Positions 36,828 to 45,697 of a stretch of 64,000 nt of DNA are shown here, piece by piece. Source of the DNA: Actinomycetota bacterium (GTDB lineage Bacteria > Actinomycetota > Acidimicrobiia > IMCC26256 > VFJJ01); contig VFJJ01000018.1 of assembly GCA_009886115.1 (NCBI GenBank), positions 1-64,000 of the forward strand, in the 5' to 3' direction. Within the stretch, counting starts at the first letter, position 1. Each line of letters opens with the position of its first letter. A model generated the notes under the pieces. That model was not told the origin of the DNA. It was given only the letters and a program-made list of their open reading frames with translations, and made no database searches. The position numbers and the translations under genes were made by a program.

Positions 36828-37838
36828 ATGACCACGCCATCGATCGACGCCGAGTTGATCCGGCGGATGCCCAAGGTGGAGCTGCACATCCACCTGGAGG
36901 GGTGCTTCACGCCGGCCCGGATCGCCGAGCTGGCCGAGCGGGCCGACGAGCCGCCACCCCGGCCGCTGGGCGAGCTCTGGGCTGTCGACAACCTCGCCGA
37001 CTTCCTCCTGTCGCTCGATTGGGTGTGCTCGCTCGTGCGCGACGCCGAGACCGCCGAGACGATCGCGCTCGACTTCGCCCGCTACGCCCACGATCAGGGG
37101 ATCGCCTACGCCGAGGTCATCGTCAACCCCACGCACTGGACGGGCCTGAGCACCGACACGCTGTTCGCGGCGTTGGCGTCGGGGTTCGACCGGGCGGCCC
37201 GCGGCGGGCTCGGCGATTTCCGGCTGCTGCCGTCGATCCTGCGCCAGCAGTCGGCCGACGACGCCGTCGCGCTCGTGCGATGGATGGGCGCCGCCGGCAT
37301 CGATCGCATCGTCGGCCTGTCGATCGACGGGAACGAGGCCGCAGCCGGTCGCACGGGGACGCGCTTCGCCGGCGCCTACGCCCTGGCCCGGAGCTTGGGA
37401 CTGGGTGCGACGGCCCACGCCGGTGAGTCGTCAGGTGCCGAAGGGGTCCGCGACGCCATCGAGCTGCTCGGGGTCAGCCGCATCGATCATGGCATCCGTT
37501 GCGTCGAGGACCCAGCCGTGCTCGACCTCGTCATCGAGCGCGGCATCACCCTCAACCTCTGCCTCACGTCGAACTGCACGCTGGTGTACGGCCACCTCGA
37601 CGCCCATCCCGTCGTCGAGCTGGCCCGGGCCGGCGTTTCCTTCACGATCAACACCGACGACCCGGAGACCCTCGGCGTCACCTTGTGCTCTGAGCTGGAG
37701 CTGGCTGGCGCCCATCTGGGTTGGACGACGGCCGATCTCGTCGCGGCCCAGCGCCGGGCCGTCCGGGCCGCGTTCTGCGACCCGACGACCCGGCTGAAGC
37801 TCACCGGCGCGCTCGACCGCTTCGCGCAGGGCGGCTGA
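36828..37838 (+). CDS. add: Adenosine/adenine deaminase (ADA family)
   Basis: PKVELHIHLEG, AHAGE, RIDHG, NTDDP. Confidence 0.9.
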   Translation: MTTPSIDAELIRRMPKVELHIHLEGCFTPARIAELAERADEPPPRPLGELWAVDNLADFLLSLDWVCSLVRDAETAETIALDFARYAHDQGIAYAEVIVNPTHWTGLSTDTLFAALASGFDRAARGGLGDFRLLPSILRQQSADDAVALVRWMGAAGIDRIVGLSIDGNEAAAGRTGTRFAGAYALARSLGLGATAHAGESSGAEGVRDAIELLGVSRIDHGIRCVEDPAVLDLVIERGITLNLCLTSNCTLVYGHLDAHPVVELARAGVSFTINTDDPETLGVTLCSELELAGAHLGWTTADLVAAQRRAVRAAFCDPTTRLKLTGALDRFAQGG

Positions 37839-37873
37839 TCGCTCGGGTACTCGGGCGCCGACAGCTCGGGCGG

Positions 37874-38812
37874 CTATCGGTCGGCCACGTAGTTGACGCC
37901 GAGCCCCCGGGGCATCCGCGCCCGACGGGCCCCGATGATCAAGATGGTGAGGGCCACGAGGAAGGGGATGGCATTGAGCGCCTCGGTCGGGACGTCTCCC
38001 GAGACGACGTTGCGCAGGTTCGACGAGAACGCCTCGAAGAAACCGAACACGAACGCTCCCACGGCGGCGCCCCACACGCTCCAGCTGGCCATGATGATGA
38101 CGATCAGGGCGATGAAGCCCCGGTTGGCCGTGAGGAACGGTTGGAACTGGCCCACCTGGCCCAGCATGAGCGCGCCCCCGCCGACGCCTCCGAGGAACCC
38201 CGACAGGAGGCAGGCGAGGCTCCGTACCCGGACGACAGGCACGCCCCGGGCCGCGGCTGCGTCGGGATCCTCACCCACCGCCCGCACCTGCAGGCCGAAC
38301 GTGGTCCGGGCCGAGCACCACCACGCGATGGGGACGAGCGCGAAGCCCATCCAGCTGATCCAGTTGTTCCCGAAGATGGCATCGCCGAGGAAGGGCACGT
38401 CCGAGAGCCCGGGGATGTCGATCTCGGAGAGGCGCGACACCCGACGGGCATCCTGGGGGGTGGGGGTGGTCTCCCGGAAGACGAACCCCGTGAGGCCGAT
38501 GCCGAGGGTCGTGAGCGCGAAGCCGACGACGACCTGGTTGGCGCTGAGGCGGACGCTCAGCGCCACCATGAGCAGCGCCATCAGCATGCCGGCGATGCCC
38601 CCTGCGAGCAGGCCGATGAGCGTCCCCGTCTCAACGGCCACATAGAGGCTGGTGAGCGAACCGACGATCATGTAGCCCTCGAGGCCGATGTTCAACACCC
38701 CGGCTCGCTGCGAGAAGGTCTCGCCGATCGATGCGTAGATGAGCGGCGTCGCCAGGCGAAGACCACCCGAGATCGAGGCGATCCAGAAGGTCTCGGTGAG
38801 CAGGCGGTCCAT
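37874..38812 (-). CDS. Nucleoside-type ABC permease 2
   Basis: QRAGVLNIGLEG, ANQVVVG, RAVGEDPDAAAARG, NRGFIAL. Confidence 0.9.
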   Translation of the reverse strand: MDRLLTETFWIASISGGLRLATPLIYASIGETFSQRAGVLNIGLEGYMIVGSLTSLYVAVETGTLIGLLAGGIAGMLMALLMVALSVRLSANQVVVGFALTTLGIGLTGFVFRETTPTPQDARRVSRLSEIDIPGLSDVPFLGDAIFGNNWISWMGFALVPIAWWCSARTTFGLQVRAVGEDPDAAAARGVPVVRVRSLACLLSGFLGGVGGGALMLGQVGQFQPFLTANRGFIALIVIIMASWSVWGAAVGAFVFGFFEAFSSNLRNVVSGDVPTEALNAIPFLVALTILIIGARRARMPRGLGVNYVADR

Positions 38813-38814
38813 GG

Positions 38815-39981
38815 TCAACGCCCCCGGGCCGAGCCGGCCGCGGGCGTTGAGCCGGAGGCCCGGCTCGACCGGTCGGGGACGAGACGGAACGATCGAGCGG
38901 CTCTCCGCAGCAATGATGCGATCTGCGGCGCGTAGCGCACCGCGAAGCCGAGGAGGATGAGCGCCTGGATCACGTCGCTTAGCGACGCCGGGATGCCCTC
39001 GCTCGACTGCATGGCCAGGCCGCCCGACTGGAGCGCCCCGAAGAGGAGGGATGCGGCGAGGATCCCGGCCGGTCGTGCTGCACCGAGGAACGCCACGACC
39101 AGACCGAAGAACCCGATCTCCGATGCGATCTCGAGATAGAGGCGCTGCAACAGGCCGGCGGCCTGGATCCAGCCGACGACGCCGGCCGCGGCGCCCGAGA
39201 TCAGCAGCGAGTTGAGCACGACCCGCCGGCCGGGGATCCCCAGGCTCTCGGCGAGCCGCGGGTTCTCGCCGTAGAGGTCGTACCGGAACCCGACCGTCGA
39301 ACGGATCCACCACCACAGGCCCAGCAGCACCGCGGGGGCGACGAGCACGCCGATGTGGAAGCGGGTGCCGTCGATCACGAGGCCGAGCACGCCGTTGTCG
39401 GGGTAGGCATCCGACTGCGGGGTGATCGCGGCTGGAGGCTTGAGCGGGCCGTTGAGCAGGTACTCGATCAGCAGCGCGGCGAACTCGGTGAACAACAGCG
39501 TCGAGAGGATCTCGTTGACCCCGAGGTAGGCGCGCAGCAACGCGGGCACGAGCGCCCAGGCCGCTCCGAAGAGAGCTCCGCCGATCGCCGCCGCCGGGAT
39601 CGCCAGGCCCGACGGAGCGCCGTCGAACAGCTTGGCTGTGAGGAGCGCGCCGATGGCCCCCACGATCACCTGGCCCTGGGCGCCGATGGTCACCATGCCG
39701 GCGCGCAGTGCCACGGCGGCTCCTGCGCCCACGATCACGAGCGGTGCCGACCGGGCCAACGTCTCGCCGATCGCGAACTTCGAGCCGAACGCCCCGTCGA
39801 GCATGGCGCCGTACGCGCTGAACGGGCTGTCGCCCGAGACGAGCAGGATCACGCCGCCGACGATCAGGGCTCCCAGCACGGCGAGGATGCTCGTGCTCGC
39901 GCCGATGGTGGCCCGCTCGAGGCCCGATGCCTCGAGCTCGACATCGTCGTGCGTCTCGGCGACGACCGGCTCGTCAGCCAT
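38815..39981 (-). CDS. Nucleoside-type ABC permease 1
   Basis: RAGMVTIGAQGQ, GVNEILSTLL, multiple TM segments. Confidence 0.9.
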   Translation of the reverse strand: MADEPVVAETHDDVELEASGLERATIGASTSILAVLGALIVGGVILLVSGDSPFSAYGAMLDGAFGSKFAIGETLARSAPLVIVGAGAAVALRAGMVTIGAQGQVIVGAIGALLTAKLFDGAPSGLAIPAAAIGGALFGAAWALVPALLRAYLGVNEILSTLLFTEFAALLIEYLLNGPLKPPAAITPQSDAYPDNGVLGLVIDGTRFHIGVLVAPAVLLGLWWWIRSTVGFRYDLYGENPRLAESLGIPGRRVVLNSLLISGAAAGVVGWIQAAGLLQRLYLEIASEIGFFGLVVAFLGAARPAGILAASLLFGALQSGGLAMQSSEGIPASLSDVIQALILLGFAVRYAPQIASLLRRAARSFRLVPDRSSRASGSTPAAGSARGR

Positions 39982-41584
39982 GATGGTCTGCCCTTGGGGC
40001 GCCGCCGGTCCCCGCGCCCGCGCCCCGGCCCGCGCCCGGTCGCGGTCGCGGTCGCGGTCGAGCCATGCCGGCCATGGCCGCGCCCAGACGGCCCGACGTC
40101 ATGTCCTCGATGGCGAACTCGTCGGTGACCCGTCCCCCGCTCAGCACCACGACCCGGTGGGCCAGCTCGCGAACCTCGTCGAGGTCGGCGCTGATCACCA
40201 CGACCGCCCCACCCCGCTCGGCAACGGCGAAGCACCGGTCGCGCATGGCCCGAGCGGCATGGGGGTCGAGCCCCTTGGTGGGGCCGGCAGCCACCAGCAC
40301 CGCAGGATCGCGCTCGAGCTCGCGTGCCGCCATCAGCTTCTGCTGGTTGCCTCCCGACAGCGCTCCGGCAATGGCGCTGGGCTCAGGAGGGCGCACCTCG
40401 AAGCGGCCGGCCAGCTCGCGGACGTGCGCTCCGACCGGGCCCGGCAACCGCACGCCCAGACGGGCGAAGCCCCGGTCGCCGATGCGCCGCGCGATGGCGT
40501 TGTCGGCGAGGGTGAACCCGTGGGCCAGACCGGTGGCGCGGTCTTCGTGGAGATGGGCCATCCCGGCTGCGATGGCCTTGCGACTCGACCCGGTCACGTC
40601 GACGCCGTCGACCACGACGTGTCCCCGGGTGGGCCGCCGCACGCCGGTGAGCACCTCGGCCAGAGCCTCCTGGCCGTTGCCCGCCACGCCGACGACACCG
40701 ACGATCTCGCCGCCGCCGACCGTGAAGCTCACCCCGTCGAGCCCGACACCGTGATCGAGGTGCGCTCCGAGGCCCTGGGCCGAGAGGCGCACCTCGCCGC
40801 GGACCGTCTGCGGGCGCTCGACCCGGAGCAGCGACAGGTCGCCGATCATGAGCTCGGCGATACGGGCCAGGTCGGCCTGACGCACGTCCTCGCCGGCGAG
40901 CACGACACGGCCCTGGCGCAGGATGGTGAGCCGGTCGGCCAGCTGGGCCAGCTCGGGCAGGCGATGGGAGATGTAGATGATCGGCGTGCCTTCGGCCCTC
41001 AGTCGTTGACACAGCCGGATGAGGGCGTCGGTCTCGACCGGGCCCAGCGCGGAGCTGGGCTCGTCGAGGATGAGCGCCCGTGCTCCCCAGGCGACGCCGA
41101 TGAGGATCTCCGCCTGCTGACGCACGGCCAGGGGCAGGTCGTCGACGATCGTCGCGGCCGGCACCGCCAGCCCGAGCTCATCGGACAGGCGCGTGACCTC
41201 GGCCCGGGCTGCCCTGGCGTTGAACAGGGCCGATGCGTTGGGCCGTCCGAGCTGCAGGTTCTCGGCGACGGTGAGCCCTCGCACCAACGAGAGCTGTTGG
41301 CGGATGTGCGCCACCCCGCGGGCCGCGCCTTCGCGTCGTGAGCCCGGTGCATACGGTTCGCCGAACAGCGCCATCTCGCCGCTGTCGGCGCGCAGCACGC
41401 CGGCGACGATCTTGGCCAGGGTCGACTTGCCGGCTCCGTTCTCGCCGACCAGGGCGTGGATCTCGCCGGCCCGCAACGTGAAGTCGACATCGGCCAGCGC
41501 CTGCACCGCGCCGAACCGGCGGGAGATCCCCCGGGCCTCGAGGACCGGGGGATCTCCCGTGATCGGAGGGACGCCGCTCGGCAT
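39974..41584 (-). CDS. Nucleoside/sugar ABC ATPase (double domain)
   Basis: GENGAGKST, LDEP, GVAGNGQ, LSGGNQQK, ISADLDEV. Confidence 0.92.
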   Translation of the reverse strand: MPSGVPPITGDPPVLEARGISRRFGAVQALADVDFTLRAGEIHALVGENGAGKSTLAKIVAGVLRADSGEMALFGEPYAPGSRREGAARGVAHIRQQLSLVRGLTVAENLQLGRPNASALFNARAARAEVTRLSDELGLAVPAATIVDDLPLAVRQQAEILIGVAWGARALILDEPSSALGPVETDALIRLCQRLRAEGTPIIYISHRLPELAQLADRLTILRQGRVVLAGEDVRQADLARIAELMIGDLSLLRVERPQTVRGEVRLSAQGLGAHLDHGVGLDGVSFTVGGGEIVGVVGVAGNGQEALAEVLTGVRRPTRGHVVVDGVDVTGSSRKAIAAGMAHLHEDRATGLAHGFTLADNAIARRIGDRGFARLGVRLPGPVGAHVRELAGRFEVRPPEPSAIAGALSGGNQQKLMAARELERDPAVLVAAGPTKGLDPHAARAMRDRCFAVAERGGAVVVISADLDEVRELAHRVVVLSGGRVTDEFAIEDMTSGRLGAAMAGMARPRPRPRPGAGRGAGAGTGGAPRADHHG

Positions 41585-42750
41585 CAGCCGGGCGTGGGGA
41601 ACGGGATCTCGAACGTGCCGTCCTGCACCGAGGCGATGAGGTCGTCGACGATGGCCTGGAGCTCGGCCGGGGTCTTGGCCAGCTCGACGGTCACGCCGGT
41701 GTTGATGGGAAGGACCGCGACCTGGTTGTTGAAGATGCCCGAGGGGTTGAAGGCGTCGTCGGGCTCCTCGCCGAATGTCCCGTCGCGGAGCTCGACGAAC
41801 CAGTTCAGGTAGAGGTCCTTCAGCACCATCTGCGTCGCCGAGACCAGCACCTCGGGTGCCGTGTCGAGCTGCGTGCCGAATCCGGTCGAGATCGGGATGC
41901 CGGCCGCCGACGCAGACTGGACGGCGCCGATGCAGATGCCGTCACCCGAGCAGTAGATGAAGTCGGCGCCCTGGTCGATGAGCGACTGGGTGACCTCGGC
42001 GGCCTTTTGCACGTTGATGAAGTCACCGGCGAAGCCCTCGAGGAACTCGACGTCGTCGCGCACCGACTGCACGCCCTCGCGAAACGCCTCGTGCCCATCC
42101 TTGACGAACTGGAACTCGGGACCGCCGACCACCCCGATCGTCTCCCCGATGAGCGCGTGGCCGGCCACGACGCCGTTGGGGTAGGCCATGTCCTGCAGGT
42201 TGTACAGCCAGTCCTCGACGTTGGGACCGGTCGTGGCTCCTTCGACGAGGACGCCGCCCGACATCGTGAAGTTCACGTCGGGGAACTCGGAGTACACCTG
42301 TTGGATGGGATCGACGTACTCGATGCCGTGGCCGATGACGAGGTCGTACCCCTGCGTCGCGAAATCGCGAATCGCGGGCAGCGAGTCGGTCGGGTCGACC
42401 AGCTCCTCGATGAACGTGCACTCGATCGCACCGTCCTCGGCGGCGGCATTCAGCAGGCCCTGGTAGCCGCCCTGGCTGAACGAGTTGTCGTTGCGGATAC
42501 CCGGCAACAAGAGCGCGACCCTGAGCACGTCCTTGGTCGCGGACTGACTCGTGTTGCTGCACTCGCCTTCACCACCACCATCACCTTCGGCGGGGGCGGT
42601 GGTGTCGGTCGCTCCCGCGGTGGTGCCGCTCTCCGGTGCCGCCGTGGTCTCGGCGGACGATCCCGAGTCGTCGTCATCGCCACATGCCGTGGCGAACACC
42701 GTCAACGCGGCGGTCGCCACGACGATCCACCATTGCGAACGCTTGCTCAT
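41584..42750 (-). CDS. BMP-family nucleoside-binding lipoprotein
   Basis: Lipobox ATACGDDDDS; NDNSFSQGGYQGL, GYDLVIGHG, LIDQGAD. Confidence 0.9.
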   Translation of the reverse strand: MSKRSQWWIVVATAALTVFATACGDDDDSGSSAETTAAPESGTTAGATDTTAPAEGDGGGEGECSNTSQSATKDVLRVALLLPGIRNDNSFSQGGYQGLLNAAAEDGAIECTFIEELVDPTDSLPAIRDFATQGYDLVIGHGIEYVDPIQQVYSEFPDVNFTMSGGVLVEGATTGPNVEDWLYNLQDMAYPNGVVAGHALIGETIGVVGGPEFQFVKDGHEAFREGVQSVRDDVEFLEGFAGDFINVQKAAEVTQSLIDQGADFIYCSGDGICIGAVQSASAAGIPISTGFGTQLDTAPEVLVSATQMVLKDLYLNWFVELRDGTFGEEPDDAFNPSGIFNNQVAVLPINTGVTVELAKTPAELQAIVDDLIASVQDGTFEIPFPTPG

Positions 42751-42795
42751 GTTCCCTCCCGGTGAGCACCGTCCCCATGCGGCGCCACGTGGGGA

Positions 42796-42851
42796 AAGCT
42801 ACCAAGCTCGCGCAGGTCACAACATTTCTCCGGTGTTACGGCCGTCGAAAC
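42796..42851 (-). promoter_or_regulatory. Probable GlnR box and -10 element of the nucleoside ABC operon
   Basis: Minus strand GTTTC-n7-GTAAC-n6-GAAAT-n3-GTGAC, then TAGCTT (42796-42801). Matches the GTNAC-n6-GAAAC pattern. Confidence 0.6.
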
Positions 42852-42894
42852 GACCAGCGCGCGAGCGTCGGGCGTGGATCGACCGGCAGCGTGT

Positions 42895-44277
42895 TCACCG
42901 GTCGCCGATGCTCTGACGCAGGAGACGGCGTGCCTCGCGAGCAACCGCTCGTTCGTCGACGGTGACGCAGCGACCGTCACGCACGACGACGCGGCCGTTC
43001 ACCACGACGAGATGGGCCCGGTCGGAGATCCCCGTCAAGACCAAGCCGGCCACGGGATCGTGCACGCCCACCCGGTCGACGGTCGTCATGTCCCAGCCGG
43101 CCAGGTCGGCACCGAAGCCCGGGGCCACCACACCGAGGTCGGTGCGGCCCAGACACCGGGCCGAGCCCCGGGTCGCCATCCGTAGCAGCTCGCGCGCCGA
43201 CAGCCAGCGCCGCGGATCGGCGGAGCTCATCCGGTGCGCCAACGCCGCGACCCGCAGGTCGCCGAGCACGTTCGAGCCGTCGTTGCTGGCCGAGCCGGTC
43301 GTGCCGAATCCCATCTTCACGCCGGCATCGAGCATCTCGCGCACCGGTGAGAGGCCCCAGCCCATCTTCAGGTCGGGGCCGATCAGGTGGGCGACGCCCA
43401 CACCCGCCGCCGCGAACTCGGGTATCTCCTCGGCCGGGGGATCGACGACGTGCGCCAGCCAGACCCGCTCGCTGTGCCAGCCATGGCGCAGCAGGATCCG
43501 CCAGGGTGTGGTGCCGTAGCGCTCGGCGCAGAACCGGGTGTCGACGACCTCGTAGAGGTGCGTGTGAAGCCCGACGCCCGGGTTCAGCGCGGCGAGGATC
43601 GCCGTCTCGGTGTAGAGCTCGAGACGATCGGCGTGCACACCGCACGGAGCGAGGTCGATGCGCACCATGGCGAGCGGCTCGGGGTCGTGGTAGCTCTCGA
43701 TGAGGGCCTGCGAGTGCTTGAGCACCTCGTCGATCGTCTGCACGACGACGTCGGGAGCGCTGCCGCCCCGGTCGCGGCCCAGTGTGATCGACCCCCGGCC
43801 GGCGTGGAGTCGGAGGCCCACCTCGGTCGCCGCCTCGATGGTCTCCTCGATGAACGGCAGGGTCCAACCACCCGGGAAGAAGTAGTGCTGGTCGGCGACG
43901 GTCGTGACGCCGGTGAGCACCGACTCGACCATGCCGGCGCGGGCCAGGGCGCCGACCGTCTCGGGCTCCATGGCGCCGTTGCGCCACATGTCCAGACAAC
44001 GGGTCGTGACGCCGCGGAGCCAGGGGAGGATCGTCGTGCGCTCGAGCTCGGGCAGGGCGCGCAGGCCGATCTGGTAGAGGTGGTTGTGGGCGTTGACCAA
44101 CCCGGGCAGCACGAGCAGGCCCTCGCCGTCGATGACCTCGGTGTCGGGCGGGCAGGGCAGATCGGACCCGACCGCGACGATGCGTCGACCCTCGACCAGC
44201 ACGTCGACATCGACGAGCTCGCGGTCGGCGTCGTCGCAGGTGACCAGATGGGAGATACGTCGGAGGAGCAGGCTCAC
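42895..44277 (-). CDS. Metal-dependent amidohydrolase, TrzN (triazine hydrolase)-like
   Basis: NAHNHLYQ, ADQHYFFPG, PCGV, HTHLYE, WLAH, PDLKMGWG, GFGTTGSASND, WLSARELLRMATRGSA, VDRVGVHDP. Confidence 0.85.
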   Translation of the reverse strand: MSLLLRRISHLVTCDDADRELVDVDVLVEGRRIVAVGSDLPCPPDTEVIDGEGLLVLPGLVNAHNHLYQIGLRALPELERTTILPWLRGVTTRCLDMWRNGAMEPETVGALARAGMVESVLTGVTTVADQHYFFPGGWTLPFIEETIEAATEVGLRLHAGRGSITLGRDRGGSAPDVVVQTIDEVLKHSQALIESYHDPEPLAMVRIDLAPCGVHADRLELYTETAILAALNPGVGLHTHLYEVVDTRFCAERYGTTPWRILLRHGWHSERVWLAHVVDPPAEEIPEFAAAGVGVAHLIGPDLKMGWGLSPVREMLDAGVKMGFGTTGSASNDGSNVLGDLRVAALAHRMSSADPRRWLSARELLRMATRGSARCLGRTDLGVVAPGFGADLAGWDMTTVDRVGVHDPVAGLVLTGISDRAHLVVVNGRVVVRDGRCVTVDERAVAREARRLLRQSIGDR

Positions 44278-44283
44278 GACACC

Positions 44284-44312
44284 AGGATGTTGAACCGGGA
44301 GGCCCGCGTCAA
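44284..44312 (-). promoter_or_regulatory. SigA-type leaderless promoter of the TrzN-like gene
   Basis: TTGACG-17 nt-CATCCT, ending 6 nt before the GTG at 44277. Confidence 0.6.
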
Positions 44313-44503
44313 CCGCCAGCGCGCGAGACCGCCTTCCGAGGGTCGTGCGCGGTGAGTCCGAGGCAGCCGCCGCCACGTGCGGGGACCGCGCGGTGACCGG
44401 GAGCCCGGTCGAGCGTGTCGCCGCCGTGTGCCGCCTTCCTGGTCCCCTGCCCGGCCGCTGCCCCCTGTGCCCCGGCCGGCCTCGTTGGTTTAGTGTCCCG
44501 CCG

Positions 44504-45628
44504 GTGGTGCGGGGACGCGAGCTGGGGATCGCCATCGGGCGAGGTCGGCCGGGGCCGCTCGACGCGATCACCGACGTGGCCGGCGTCCGAGTGGGCCACG
44601 CCACCATCGTCGAGGGCGACGACGTCCGAACCGGGGTCACGATCGTGGAGCCCCGGCCCGGATCGGCCTACGAGGAGCCGTGCTTTGCCGGTATCCACCG
44701 TCTCAACGGCAATGGGGAGCTGACCGGGGCCCACTGGATCGCCGAGTCGGGGCTGCTGGGCGGACCGGTGGCCATCACGAACACCCACAGCGTCGGCGCG
44801 GTCCACGAGGCCCTGGTGGCCCTGGAGCGCGAGCGCCGCCCCGACGTCGACGACTGGGCCCTGCCGGTCGTGGCCGAGACCTGGGATGGGTGGCTGAACG
44901 ACATCGACGGCTTCCACGTGAGGGCCGAGCACGTGCGCTCGGCCGTGGCCGGCGCGGCCGGGGGCCCGGTGGCCGAAGGTGCGCTCGGCGGGGGGACGGG
45001 CATGGTCTGTCACGGCTGCAAGGGCGGGATCGGGACCGCGTCGCGGGTGACCGACGACGGGTGGACCGTGGGCGCGCTCGTCCAGGCCAACTACGGCCAA
45101 CGAGAGCTGCTCCGGGTCGACGGTTACCCGGTGGGCCGGGTGCTCGACGACGACCGCCTCCCGCTCCCGCTCGACCCTCGTGACACTCCTCGCCCCGGAC
45201 GCGGTGGCGGGACGGGACCGGATGGCCGCGGCTCGATCATCGTGGTGCTGGCGACCGATGCTGCGCTGGTGCCCCACCAGTGCACGCGTCTCGCTCAGCG
45301 GGCGACGATCGGCCTGGCCCGAGCGGGGGGATGCGGCGACGACTCGAGCGGCGACCTGTTCCTCGCCTTCTCGACGGGCAACTCCGGGCTCCGGCCGGCG
45401 CCCCCCGAGCCGGGAGAGCGGGTCGAGCCGGTCACGATCGGCTTCCTGCCGAACGCGGCGTTGACCCCGCTGTTTCACGCCGCCGCCGAGGCGGTGGAGG
45501 AGGCGATCCTCAACGCGCTCCTCGCTGCTGTCACCACCACCGGGCGCGGCGGTCGCACGGCTTGGGCCCTGACCCCCGAGGCTCTCCTGGCGGCCTTGGC
45601 CGAGACCGGATGGCGCCCGTCGACATGA
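44504..45628 (+). CDS. P1/S58 family peptidase (DmpA-like)
   Basis: AITDVAGVRVGH, NGNGELTG, TNTHSVG, PVVAETWDG, G|SIIVV autocleavage site, SGDLFLAFST. Confidence 0.9.
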   Translation: MVRGRELGIAIGRGRPGPLDAITDVAGVRVGHATIVEGDDVRTGVTIVEPRPGSAYEEPCFAGIHRLNGNGELTGAHWIAESGLLGGPVAITNTHSVGAVHEALVALERERRPDVDDWALPVVAETWDGWLNDIDGFHVRAEHVRSAVAGAAGGPVAEGALGGGTGMVCHGCKGGIGTASRVTDDGWTVGALVQANYGQRELLRVDGYPVGRVLDDDRLPLPLDPRDTPRPGRGGGTGPDGRGSIIVVLATDAALVPHQCTRLAQRATIGLARAGGCGDDSSGDLFLAFSTGNSGLRPAPPEPGERVEPVTIGFLPNAALTPLFHAAAEAVEEAILNALLAAVTTTGRGGRTAWALTPEALLAALAETGWRPST

Positions 45629-45697
45629 CAGGTGATCGAGCCCGCTCCCGGGCGCCGTGCGATCCGACCGTCGGGTTGCGGTGGGCCCGCCGAGCGA

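Noticed and set aside
42751..42894. Purine riboswitch ahead of the BMP gene
   Set aside because: No purine-aptamer core recognised; a GlnR-like box explains the region better.
42895..44277. Calling this gene trzN and the organism an atrazine degrader
   Set aside because: Substrate-pocket motifs differ from TrzN as I recall it (HLYQ vs HLYE, PCGVHA vs PCGVPY), there are no atzB/atzC or mobile flanks, and no activity data.
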